Shown: in pieces, positions 34,930 through 47,853 of the stretch
How positions within the stretch are numbered: position 1 is the first letter of the stretch
Layout: each line of letters begins with the position of its first letter
Origin: Takakia lepidozioides
Lineage: Eukaryota; Plantae; Bryophyta
DNA length: 64,000 bases
Assembly (NCBI GenBank): GCA_030704615.1
Contig: CM060732.1
Coordinates: 72,230,001-72,294,000, forward strand
Reading direction: 5' to 3'
The notes under the pieces: model-generated
The model's database searches: none
Seen by the model: only the letters and a program-made list of their open reading frames with translations
Told to the model about the DNA's origin: nothing
Made by a program: the position numbers and the translations under genes

Positions 34930-37900
34930 TGGCATGCTTCCAGGAAGTCGGCTTTGTTATTGGGTTTATTGATGAGGTTCTGATTAATGGTTTAACAGCT
35001 GCCGACACTGCTCCTAGGGATACTCTGACCACTGGGCCCACAAGAAAAGTAATTAAAATGGACGGCTGCATATCTGGAAAGAATAACATAATATGCACAG
35101 TCGTTGTCTGAGCTTCCTCCGCCATATTCTCTGCTCATTCTTCAACTGTGTTCTGGAGACATCAGTAAACCGATTTACACTAGATCTGCGATAGCAAGGT
35201 ATAAACGTACGCGAGGAAGGAAGATGGCTTCCTCTGAAGCGGAGTTCTTCTGTGACGACAAACCAGTGCCGTTCTCCCAGGAAGTCCTTGACAATGGATT
35301 TGCAATTGTTCTGGAACATGTCTTGGCTACCCGTTTTCAGCTGCAGAATGGCTCCATCTTTTTGGAGAAAGAGGTGTACGATCTTAAAGGGAAGTTGTTG
35401 AAATACTCTTTCCAAAACCGTGATGAGACGGCTCATATCAGCCAGTGGAGAGTGCGTCCTGGTCGATACAGAGTACTTGGAGAGCCTCGGCGAAAGTCCC
35501 TTGGGTCATATGTGACGCCCGGGACTGCTGCTTCGGTCGTTGAAAACAAGAGGGAGGTGGTGGTGAAAAAAGAACAGACGTCCTCCACTCCAATCGTTGA
35601 GCTTTCGGATTCTTCCGATGATGACATAAGTGAAATTCCAAATCCAGTCCTTCCTACTGTGGTTGGAGAAGCTGATGAAGAAGAGATTTGTAGTGTCATT
35701 CCAAAATTGCGGGCGATGGGAGGAATGGCTGGATTCAAAAGTGAGTTGCGGGGAATTGATTAGGAATCTTTGAAGCAGGTGCCTGTGAAGTTCTTGCCGG
35801 AGACTTTTGATGGCGATATCCTATTCGAGCTGCCTCCTCCTCCGCGAGTTGGAGGTGTAACAATCATGATGCATGGAATGGACAAGAAACACGACGGGCA
35901 CCCGTGGTGCAGAACAAAAACATCCAATATTCAAAATGATGACAAGCTTGTTTTCACGAGGACAGTTTGCAATGGACACCTTAGGTGTGATAATTTGAAT
36001 TGCAGACACTTTCTTCAGTTTGGGGTTCATAATCAAAGCGAATGGGAGGGTCTGGCGGAAAATCCATTTCAGCCTGGGACTGCCCCTCCACCGGCAAACA
36101 ATTTCGTCTGCAAATTCTGCAAACTTGTGCCATCCTGCTTGGCGCTCTGCGGAGCAAGAATGTACTATGTTGTCCACCGTTTGAAAACAATGACAAGAGC
36201 TTGTGTGCATTTCGGATTCCATAACCATCTTGTCTCGAAGGAGGATTACAGGGAGAGTGTTGAGACAGTATCGAGGTTGATTAAACAGGAGTTCGGGAGA
36301 AACCCATCCGCAACAACATCTGCAATTGCTCTTGGCGCAAGCAAGTCCTTCTTGGAAAGCCATATTTTGAGTGAAGGGGATTATGTGGGGACTAAACTTG
36401 ACGGTGCAGCATTGGACCTGGTCATGGATCATTTCTCCACTTTAAGTTCACCTAACATTCGGCATCAGATCAATGCATTGAGAATGGGTTCTGGGATCAG
36501 AGGCTACATAGACAATATTTTGGAATTGAATGAGTGAGCAAGTACGATTACATCCAGGACAATGTATTCCCAGGTCAAGGTGCCATCAAAGTTTTTCTTT
36601 TCAAAATGTCGACTGTTGGGGAGGGCAGTGGGGTTAGCCTCGTGAAGCGGATGCAGAAGACTGGGGACTTGCAGAACTGTTTTCTTATGTTTGATCATGT
36701 GAAACGAGTGAAGGATTGGACGACAATGGCTTGTCATGTCTACGATCCAGTGTACCAACGAGTTATGACAATTGCAGTTTGTGACATGCAATCCGAGGAT
36801 ACGGAATCCCAGAAGCTCATGTGGAATTCCCTGATACGTATCATGGGCGGCCATCTCCAAATTTCGCAGGTTTCATGGCGGATAGTGCTCAAACAAATTT
36901 CAATGCTGTTCGTATTGTCTTCGGATCGGGCGACCCAAAAGTGCCTATGCCAGGAAGAGAGCGTACATGTCTATTCCATTGGACACAATCTCTGGAAAAA
37001 CATACAAAGTCGGACATCAAACTAGAGATGCAGACTCAGCACCGTAAATTGTGCAAAGAGTACAAAGATGCTAGAACAATGAAGGAGGCGGACACTTTGT
37101 TCCAGACAATTTGTCCCTGGTGGTTCTCTTCTGGAGCTGCATCACTTGAGAGTATGAGAGCATTGGAAGATTGGCTGGCGTTTTGGCACTTCCGGTATAG
37201 ACAGTGGGGAGCAGCCATGACAATGGTACGAGGCTTCTATTTCTTGCTTTATTCATACATTTGCTTTCCATATTTTTGACTCATTGCTTTCTTTATGTTG
37301 TTTCCTATGCACTGTTTTGAAGTGTGGTTATCCTCTTTGCAGAACCATTGAGAAAATGGCGGACATGCCATCTTGCAATTTGGCAGAAACTGTGCACAAC
37401 GCATGGTTGCAGCAGTCTGGGAAACGAGGTCGGGATTTGTATGTGGCAACAACAGATGATTTGATACGTGCCTTGCAACAACAAACCCGATACCGTGATT
37501 TCTTACGAGGTGGGGTTGGTGGCAAGGGTCCGGACAAATGGGAGTTGATGTTGCGTGCTACAAACAGATCTGGGGATCCAATCAAGATAGCACGGGCGGT
37601 GAGCATGTATGCCCAATGAACGCCACTTGTTTCTAGAGTTCCACATCTTGAAGGGGAGGAGAGATTCGGCTCCTGTAAGAGGAAATTGAACACTCCACCT
37701 GGTTCGGATTCAGATTCCCACAGGGCAGACCGTGATAACTTCTCGAAGCCTCATGTTCCCCTGCATGACAGCTCTATGTCCGGAACCTCCATTGTGGAGG
37801 AACCTCCAACACGACGGCAAGCTCCAGCATCAAACAGTGCCACTGAAATGGTGCAGGAGAGAAACAACCCCCTTGATGTGCTTGAGTCCGCATGCCCCGA

Positions 37901-38700
37901 CCACGTTTGGCACATAGAACGCACAAGTGTAGGGTCTCGTGTGAAATATACAGAAGTGCACTTCATCTATATCCAGAGGTGGTGCCCGAACTCCTGCTCC
38001 GACTTTCACGGGCTTGATGCGTCCATACGGTCAACCAGAAGCCAAGAACCACAAGTTCTGGTTCTGCGCAGATGATTGTGCCAGATGTGTGCATGGAACT
38101 GTGCGTCCTTCCGTAGTGATGAAGCCATCTCCTCCAACCGTTTGGCCCGTGAAGGTGGGAACACATCTCAGCTTTTAGAAGATTGAAATGTTGGAGGAGG
38201 CAGGTTTTTCCCTTGCGAGACAACCCCAACTCCATGCATGTGCTACTACTTCTGCGTCCTCCCGGGTCCCCCCGGCAAATCTTGACTTGTGGCCAACAAA
38301 CGAGATGGAAAGCTCGTTCGGCGTTTCCCTCCAACCGCTGAACACTTTGGCAAAGTGGAGTCCGCAAGAATGCTCCAAGCTCGTGTTGGAAGCACCACGG
38401 AAGTACCCGATCCAGGATATGGTCGGGTATTCACAATCATCACTTCCACATCTGCTGTTCATGACAGGACCTACAACATCACGGTTTCCAATTTCCCCAA
38501 TTGCACATGTCCTGATTTTGTGAATATGCTATCAACCAGTTTGGGCAAGAGAGGTAAATTCATACCCTGCAAACATTTGTATTTCATATTTTGAGGAGGA
38601 TGGTTTGCGATCCCAAACGTGACAACTTCATTCACCAGGCCACTATGAGTTTCAACGAGGTCGATACTCTTTGCAGCGGGATACAACACATGGGTAGCAT
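34930..38700 (+). pseudogene. MULE transposase with GCM/WRKY-like zinc domain, DDE core and SWIM finger
   Basis: DGHPW..C.GHLRC...C..CKFC..C.A......VHFGFHNH; MFDHVKRV, FMADSAQ, TCLFHW, CNLAETVH; SWIM CTCPDF..PCKH (~38500-38580). Intron ~37226-37342; stops and frameshifts at 35761, ~36535, ~36845 and 37617. Confidence 0.85.
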
Positions 38701-39545
38701 GAACTATGTAATGTGGTATGTGGATGACCATGATTTGAAATGTGTAATTCACATCAATTCGTCGGCTGTGCAATGATATGGCCTCCAACTATACGGAGTG
38801 AGCTCTGAGTGACAACTTTTAGGTAGTGCACATTTGTCATTGCACCGTTCGAAGTCTACATGTCTTGCTGTCGCTATGCACTACAATCATCTTTTGAAGA
38901 TGATCCTAACTCTCATTGTTATTTGAGGAGGGAGGAAGGTCTTCCCGTGGCAGCCTTTATGGCGCACACTTTGTGAGGATATTTTTTCGTCCTCGTAATT
39001 GTAAAAGTGAAACAAGCATTTGTAATTGCACAATGTTGGATGCTGCAGTTGTAGGCCTCAACGCTCGTCTTGATTCTATTAGGGCAAGATTCCCTGCATT
39101 AATTCCACGGTCATAGGACCATCCACGGTTATAGGCGGCGCATGTTAATGCTGACGTGGCAGATGACGGACAGTGCCACGTCATCATTTACCGCCACATC
39201 AGCATGCTGACATGACGCTCACGCCACGTCAGCGTGTGTGCAGGCTCACGCCACGTCACTCCTGCGTGAGCGTACGCTCGCGCGCTCGCGCGCAACGCTC
39301 ACGCCATTGCGTCGTTGACATTGCAGTCACAAAGTCTATTTTCATTGTCGGTTTGTTTGGAATATGGAGCATAAGTCGGCATATTGTAAATGCCTATTCC
39401 CACGATTATAGGTCCCTCAGGTATAGGCACATTTTCTTTTGCCAAATGTGTTCTGACATCTGCTGACGTGACGGACGCTCACGCTTACGTGGCGTGAACG
39501 CCACGTCATGCAGATGGAGTCTGGGCTCACGCCACGTCAGCCAAG

Positions 39546-40425
39546 CGTGAGGTCTTGAAAGCCAAAGTTTCATGACTGGTATTGAGGTCAGCCGTCCCCC
39601 AATCATGTATGATCCCCTGCAACTTGTATTTGAAACCATATCTGTGAACTCTGGAAAATGATCAGCCTTGGACGCCGTGGTGGGATCAGAATACATCTTA
39701 TTAATTCCGCTTGACATATCTTGACAGCAACAACAAAATCACACACAAAGACATCCATCGATTGGGCAAAGTTGATAAGCATGTTGACAGATTCCAACAA
39801 TGGTAGAAGACAAGGCATGCTCAGGATGGTTTCTTTGAGTTGAAATGTAACTCCTGTGCGAATGCTTTGAAAATAGAGACCCCATCAGTACCCATGCCCA
39901 CCAATTGCTCGCCAACCTGGTGCTCTGACAACCCACCAAAATTCATGAGTGCATCCACCATCATCCACTTCAAGTTGTCAGCATTGCCCCCATTCACAAC
40001 ACACTCAAGTGTCAATAGAATAGGAGTCCGCCTCCAATTTTGCACAACATATGCATGGACAGACAACCGGCTTTGGTTGTCAATGGTGGTAACTTCATCC
40101 GTAGAGATGCTATAGAACTTTGATGCTACAACAGCTTCCGCAGTGGCTTTCAACACAATTTGATGCATGACATCTGCCATCTCCCAACCAAAAGAGTCTG
40201 ACCAAAGTTTGACAGGATTATGAAGAACCTTCAAGAAGCTGAACAAACTGTGCATGGCTTTATAGTCAGTCATGGGGCGACCTTGAGCAAGCAGGTAGAA
40301 AATTAGGGCAAACTGAACGAGTTTCCATTTCCTCTCAAAAACTATGTCATTAGGTACTTGTCCTGGCATTGCAACTAGAGCCTTGCGACGTCCAACATGT
40401 TTCCACAAACTCTCAAGTTTTCGAA
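39546..40425 (-). mobile_element. hAT transposase remnant, N-terminal/central half
   Basis: LAQGRPMTDY, FYSISTDEVTTIDNQS, VGMGTDG, DVFVCDFVVAVKICQ. Confidence 0.85.
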
Positions 40426-40429
40426 CATA

Positions 40430-42722
40430 CAACTGGTCTTCCTTCTCAATCCTAGTACAAACTTTGCAGCGAACTTGAGTGACGTCCTTCCCATCTGCAC
40501 CAACAGATTCGGCCCAAGGAAGTTTGGCAACCTAGCTATCATGAAAATGTCTGTTCAAGTCATAAACTTTTTGACGTTTCTTAGAAATCTCCTTAAAAGC
40601 TCTTTAACTAGCCTCTGCCATAGTAGGATCAAGCACCACACATTTTGGCTCCACATTACTGGTTGAAGCGCTCAATAAAAACATTGACGGCGGGCAACGA
40701 CTCTATTTTTGAAAAAGAACTTGTACTTGAAGTTGTCTGGGGCTTTGGGAAGAGCCTGCATGAACAACAAACTGAACCCTCAAAGCTGCCAAAACTACAA
40801 ACCCTAACAATTGACGAGACAGAAACGAGTGTGAAGATGGTTGAGGATCTTCCCTGTTTTCTGCCCATGTATACTGACGTTTCTGACTGTCTCAGCCTCG
40901 CTGGTGCGCACCTATCTTTGATCAGCCTCATCCAAAGTGTCTCAAATCCCTCCGCTCCGCCATATAAGTATCATTCCATGGCTGTTAAGAAGCACATTCC
41001 TCTGCATATGAGGGAGGGATATCTAATCCCTGCAGATAGACCCTGCGGAGTGGAACTGGAGATTTGAGAACAACCTTGCCCCTTTCTTTACATACTCAGC
41101 AAAGAAGGCCTACAAAGCCCTCATGGATGCCACTCCCCTTTTAAAGAAATGGAATGATAAGTGGGGTCACTATCACTTCCATGAGAAAAATTGGAAGTGT
41201 ATTTGGTCCACCATTTGGGAAAATATCTAAACCGGCCAAACTCGGTGCATTTCTTTGGCAAATTGCCAACAAAGTTCTTAAAGTGGGACAATTCTTGAAT
41301 TTTCAGGAAGCCATTATGTGCAACTGCTGCTCATTACCACTATTGAATCATTGGAACACTGTCTAATCTACTGCTAGGTCCCCCTGCTCAATCTGACCAT
41401 TAGTGTCAGATTTCTATCGTATTTGGAACAACCTTTCTACCGAAGTGCTCAGACACTCCACCCTCTAGCACTTGTGGAAAGCACGATGCGGTTGGACCTT
41501 GGAAAGGAAAAACACATATGTTTCTGCTCTGCTTATCCTAATTTTCTTTGATCTCACAGTCGCTGCTAAAAAGACATGGTTGGTTTTGTGTGTAGCAATC
41601 GAAAGGTGTCCAGATGGTCAGCATACACTCCTCGCCAACTTCAGTTGGGGAAGGCAGGGTGTCACTTGCAGCTGTATGGATGCTCACACCTGCATTTGGA
41701 CGGAAGGAATTCCCTTGCAATGGCAATAGCGCAAATCCCTCCTCTTCAGCTTCCCCGAAGTACGTCGACTTGTCTGATACCAATTGGAAGCACATCAAAT
41801 GAAATTCTAAACCAAGACTGCTCTTCCAAAGATAGATCACTCTTCCCCTTCTCTCTATTTCTACGCTAGGTTCCCTGCCTGTGCTCTCACACTTGTTCTT
41901 TAGATGCCACGGCTCTAGTTTTGGCCTGCTCCGTGCAAGTCGTTTAGGGAGAAGGCATCGTGATCCTTCACATCTTCAGTCTTCTCTCTTGGCCCTATGC
42001 CTAGCTCACTGTTTGCTGGATTATCCTTCACGCTTATCATGAGTCCGTGCCTCATGGTTGCCTTCGGGCTTCAAGGGTTTTAATTTTTTTCCCTTCAATA
42101 ATCATGAATAAAGTTCTCAAGGCTGTGAAGCCTGATTCCGGCGCTATGGGTTTGTTCCCCTTCTTCTACCGGACATAATCCTATCTGGGGAATGTAGTCG
42201 ATAGATGGTCCTGGCAAAGAAGACGGAATCTCACCAAGAGGACACCACAAACTCAGACCTCCGAAACACTTTCATCCACCCACTCAAGCACACCATTACA
42301 CCCAGCGTACGCTCGCGTAAGACCCAAAAGCCACCACCCTTACTGCCACGGCAATGAGGCTTAAATAGTATTAGGTCATAATCTAATCCTAGTGCCACAT
42401 GGCACTTACATATAGGTCCACCAGATGCCCTTCCAGCACAACCATAGAAAGAAGCCAGATCACCCAGACCCATCCTAATCTAATCCTAAACTAGCTGTTA
42501 GAATAAGACAGCCCCTAATAAAGCCATCAGCTGTTGCCAGCTCATCCTCATGCGCAAGGTGTAAGTTCATCCAGACTTCATCCTGGCTCCGTCCATCCCT
42601 TAAATAATCCGGAGTGCATCCCTCCTCCATTCATCCATGTCGAAAAGGAAGGTGAGAAGGAATCCCAGCTCCACAAGGCCTACCTCCATTTTCATCAAAA
42701 AAAAGAAAAAAAAAGAAAAAAG
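40430..42722 (+). mobile_element. 5'-truncated L1-like LINE with A-rich tail, interrupted by a solo LTR
   Basis: FLWQIANKVL..CNCC..ESLEH-like knuckle, LWKARC; AATAAA at ~42107 and an A-rich tail at 42697-42721. Confidence 0.7.
42124..42675 (-). mobile_element. Solo LTR (552 bp), family copy 1
   Basis: TGTGGAGC...GCTTCACA termini on the minus strand, AGGC on both flanks; homologous to 52391-52942 and 63131-63673. Confidence 0.85.
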
Positions 42723-43137
42723 TTATTTATGTTTTCCAGTAAAAATATTTCATGGTACAACCCAGTGTCAGCCCTAACCCAAAGTGCATTGCACTAAAAG
42801 AAAACAGAAATACTGAAGTATTGCTGAAAAGAAAGAAGGAAGGCCTCCACGTGTGAGGAATCTGGATGTGGGACCGAAGTTTCCACCCATTTGAGCCGTT
42901 GGTGGAGAAAGATGGGTGGACCGTGTCATGTGCGCGGCAGCTGCGCGGCCCTCCACAGCATATCTCCTTGTCTTTTCATTCTTTCTCGATTTCTCGCTGG
43001 GGTTCGAAGGCTGTTGAGACCGGGCAGCTGGACCATGAGCAAAATCTGTGTCTCTGCGTTAAGGGTTCCTTGTGGGTTCAGGCGGTTGGCTTTGCATGTA
43101 GCCTTCTTTTCTGTTTGAGAAGAAGGCAGAGGCGGAG

Positions 43138-46100
43138 ATGGCGGAAAAGCTCCAGCCCGTGCAAGTGCTCTATTGCCCTGGTATTGCCTCCTGGTCTTTC
43201 CGGTATTTTTACCCTGGCGCGTTGTTTGCTTGTTGGCCCTGGAGTGAAATGACGACACCGTGTGTTCCTTGGAACCTTGAACTTACTTGGTTCACAAAGC
43301 TGATTTCCCATGACTGCCAATTATGTTTCGAATTTGTTGGAAGATAGAACATTTCAAGAGGTGGGTTGTCCTAGCCTGTGCACTCTCTAAAAGAAATGTG
43401 TCCTAGAACTATCGGGGCATTTGTTAAAGGGTACGCCTTTACCGCAGTTCTCATTCAAGTGAAATTTCGCCTTTGTTTCCCTATCCACATCTAAGAACAT
43501 CTTCAAGTACTATGGGGTGTTTACATAACTTGGCGATAACTCTCTCCTGTAGAGATTTTCAATGATGAACCCATAGTGAGCTTTATAATGACATGCCATG
43601 GATAGATTTTTGGAAATTCATGCGCTAGTGGGAAGCGTGATTTCCCAGAGTAGTTCGATGCACATCATCAGAACCTGGATTTTATGGTTCCAGGAATAAA
43701 TAAGTAGTTCTTGAGACATTTAGGGTTACTTCAAACCACAGCCCTCAAAATGAAAGTTCCTCACCTATTTGAGTTCATTCCTTCTCTTTTTGCATCTCAT
43801 TGAAAGAGATGAATTTATATTGAATTTGACTTCAAATCTTTGGCAGCATAAGCTGTTGACGATATCACGCAGTTCTTTTCAACTGTAGAGATTTTGAACG
43901 AAAATTATGGACCAAAATGTGATATGATGTCAAACTAATTATTTCAGTCCAATTATTTTTACTGAAGTTTATTGCCTGAGTGGAGAAAGGCATTGGTTGT
44001 TTGGTTCTTGTGGTCACAGTGGAGCAATTGTCCAGAGCTATGGATCTTCCTGAACTCTCTCTCTTTGCAAATCATTTTCAAGGCCTCAGTTAACCCTGAC
44101 ACATCTTTTTGAGACAATCTCTATGTGGAAAGTCAGACAAAAGCAACCTTCATTCTAAGGTGTGTTGGGGGTCATTCTCTCACTCAGTAAATGAGTGCAC
44201 ATTAATATGTCCTGCTGCTGGTGGAGGCAAAGGATTTCAATTTTTTCTGAGCAGAAACTGATTGTTCAATTGCTACTGGAGGTGGGACCAGCTTGCAGTT
44301 TGCCAGCAGAGTACTGCGAGTTTGGCCCTGACTTCGATAAGTGCAAGCCATGGCTCATTAAGAATGTGCCTGATCTGTACCCGAATTTAGCCAAAGGTAA
44401 CTTGAAACTCTTGTATGGTTAGAAAGGGGACTCAAGGTTCTAGACAGGGATGTCGCAGATTTGTTATGGTTTTGGTTGTAATGGCTTTTAATTTTCTTGC
44501 ATTTTGAAAACCGTGTTCACGGTTAAAGGGTTGTGCCTTGAGTGATTGGATCCCAGAGTGTTTCCATTGGTCGTGGTCTGAGTTGAAATTCTATGTGGTT
44601 GATGCAACTGTTTTACAGAAGCAGCTGACAAAACAGCTGAGCAGCTCAAGAGTCTGGACCTTTCCGGGGTCAATGGAGATCCCACCAAGAGTCAAGGTAT
44701 GCTTGCTCACACCTACCAGGTGATGCTCACGTATTGTCTCATAGGGAAGTTACTCATACAGTTTCAATTGCCGTACAACAAAGTTTGAGGGTTTAGGCCT
44801 GAGTACTTGGGTAGTGGGATTGGGGGCTTCGTGGTTGCCACAGCCACTGCAATACATCCTCTAATATGCTCTCATTCTTGTTCCTGACAACTAGAGGAAT
44901 TACAGCCTACTGCTGTCCGATCATATTTAGGTTTTAGGGCAATGCTCATTTTGCTGCATTCCATGGGTTGTTTGCAGGTAGGCTAAAGTGCCAATCATTG
45001 ACATTCTGTATTTTGGGCAGATATTGTCATGTCCTTGGTTTCAGCTTTCAGTGACACAAAAACATCAGCCATGAGGACATGTGGCTCCTCCCTATCTGCA
45101 TCTGACTGCTCTGGAATGTACCCTTATACAGGAAGCACATCTGATAGCAAAAAGGAAGAGGAGGTGAAGAGGCTGCCAGGGGGCAAGGTGAAGAAGAAGG
45201 TAACATTTCAGGTGCTAATGTCGCAAGGCCGGGATGTTCTGGTTAAGTGATATGCGAGAATGAGACTGCTGTGGGCGCAGCTGACTGGAAAAGTGAGTAA
45301 ACAAGTATTTCTGGGGAGATTCCTGATCAATAATCTGTAACTAATATCGTATTCAGGAAAAACCAGAGGTGTTGGTGGAGAAGATCGTGCGTAACAAGCG
45401 CAAGTGTGTGACCATCATTAAAGGTCTTGACATGTTCGGTAAGTGTGCCCCACATGTTCTGGAGTATGATGAGTTCATGCATATGAATTAAATGTCTGCA
45501 GGGGTCATATGCTGGCATGTGTCCATTCTGGACACTATGTTGGGAAGTCAGAGGCATGGAAACAGGGGCCCCAAATTGGATTATGTACTGATCAGTGCCA
45601 AAGTAGGTTTGTTGCAACTAGAAGGGGAGGACTAGCGCTTACACTCATTCCATGTTTCAACGACCCTCAGGAAGATCATAGCTAGGTGTAGACCATGCAA
45701 ATTGAAGTTTGTTTATCACCTTAATTCAATTGTGGTCTGTGTTTTAAAATAGCAAACACTTTATGTTCCTGTTTTATGTTTTTATAAACAGCTCCCATAG
45801 GTGGCCCAGCATCATTAATCCTACCCATGGCAGTAGTAGTGTGTGACTTGAAGTAGTCATTCAAGTTCGCTCAGAGATGTGCTCTTAGTTGGAGGCCTCT
45901 CAATTCATAGGGCAGTTGAGTACAGCAGATCACTGACTAGTATGGTGGGTGCTGCAGGTATCAAACTAAGTGATGCTTCCAAGAAGTTGGGCAAGAGATT
46001 TGCAAGTGGGGCATCAGTTGTGAAGGTAACATCAGCCTCTGTCTGGTTACGATTGTTCGAGGATGGATGCATGCAGATTTAGGGAGGGAAACAAGTTTTG

Positions 46101-46313
46101 TCTAGGTTCTACATGCATAGACCTATGCCCCTTGTACAGAGCTGACAACAGTGTGGAAGGTTAGGAAGGACAGAGAGTGCACTCATGAGATGTTCATTGC
46201 CGTAGCCTCGTGGCCATAGACCCCACACCCAGTTTGGGCGGAATAAGAGGGAACAGACACTACCTTTGTGAGGGGGTGGTGGGACTCACCTTGATATTAA
46301 CAATCGGTTGGAA

Positions 46314-46360
<47 letters not shown>

Positions 46361-47310
46361 GTATGTTACTTTACCATACCATGTAGATGTTGTGACTGCT
46401 ATTTCTGATACTCTTATCCCGTCAGGTGTGAACTTTTGATCCGGTTTAGTAGTACCCACACACTTCCCCTGTCAATCCAGTTGCAGGAAGTTGAGCATGG
46501 ATTCAAGGCTGGCATCAACTTCATGCTAGAAAGCCTAGTATCTTTCTCAGACTGCCCATGTCCCCTACACCTTAAGATAGAGAAATCTAGAGGAGGCCAT
46601 TCCAATTCTTCCAACTTTCTTTAAGCCACCAGCTCCCGGTGGAGTTGTCTTGACAGTTATCTAATGGAGGTTATTAGCTGATTCTTAACACCCCATGAGT
46701 TCCAATTTACTTGGCAGGGTCCAACGGAGAAAGAGCAAATTGACGTCCAGGGAGACATAATGTACGACCTTGCCGACTTCATCGCCGAGACGTGGCAAAA
46801 TGTTAGTTGCTTCTCTCCCCCTTGTCTAGTTTTTGCCTGCATCCATGCAAGCTTCCTCATAATCAAATGTCTATCCTGGAAAGATTCATCCGCCAGGGTA
46901 TCCACCATGGCAAGCAATTCCAGGGACTTTGCTCGCAAAGTGAACGGAGGGTTGAAGTTTAGAATTTTGAGTTCCAGCCAGAAAGAAGTGTCTCTTTTCG
47001 AAGTACTTCTAACCGTGTAGGCCAACAGTTCACACTGATTTTGCAACTCCTAGTGTAACCATAAAATATTTGTTTTCAAACAATGAAACATTCAATGCTA
47101 TTAGTCAAATAAATCCTTGCAAGGCCTCTGATCTTTCAGACTTGCTCCTCCATTATAAGGTCAGGTGTTATGAGATCTTCAATGGAAGTAAGTAATGCAA
47201 TGCTTTTGTTTGAACATGTGGAATTCTAAGTGTGGGATTCTTCATGTTAGGTGCCCGAATCTGCGATTTACTTCATTGAGGATGGAAGGAAGGTTCCAGC
47301 GATTGCGTAG
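43138..47310 (+). CDS. DENR: Density-regulated protein / translation machinery-associated protein 22 (SUI1 domain), 195 aa
   Basis: Exons 43138-43180, 44292-44396, 44619-44696, 45132-45199, 45357-45438, 45958-46025, 46718-46801, 47251-47310; all GT-AG, phases consistent, 588 nt. VLYCPACSLPAEYCEFG, RNKRKCVT, KRFASGASVVK, QIDVQGD. Confidence 0.95.
46316..46357. repeat. (GA)n microsatellite in DENR intron 6
   Basis: Seen directly. Confidence 0.95.
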
Positions 47311-47853
47311 TGGCTTTTGGATTAGAGTGTCTATGCAGGTTTTGGGCAATTTCAGATAGTTTCTGGACGTCTCACATTTTAGATTAAGATGTTCTTGACT
47401 AGGAGCAAAGTTTGACCAGTTTCATGTCACTGGAGATTTGCGGCTGAGAGATGAGTAGTAGGTGTCACATGACCTGCACTGATCCTGAGTCAGCTGCTGT
47501 TCTTCACCGAATCATTTGAGTAGCTATCCATCAGATTTTGGCAATAAAAGAGCTAGTTCCAATTCAGTTCAAAGTTCGGTGATATTAGAAGTTCGGTAAT
47601 CCAACAAGGGAAGTGGGCCTTAAGTGGGGGCAGAGCCCCATGGGGATTGGGTATGGCGATGGGGTGAAGCACAGCAACTGAGATGCGAAAGTTACTGTCG
47701 GTTCTCCAGTGTGAGAGTAGCACCTCTTGGTTGAACCTATTCTACGGTTAAGTTCATGCCCAATGGTCTGTTTCCTCATAACAGGTTCTCTCTGCCAGAG
47801 TGGAGGTCAAATGCATTTCCAGATTGGAAATTCTGGGACGCAGATCGCTGTGA

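Larger units (their letters stand above)
27045..39545. mobile_element. 12.5-kb Mutator-like (MULE) element with two divergent genes and no long TIRs
   Basis: Interrupts a hAT ORF whose frame is restored on removal (ETLAFKTSR|YSNSLT). CGTGAG is present on both sides (27039-27044, 39546-39551). GCTCACGCCACGTCA motifs cluster at both ends. Confidence 0.8.
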
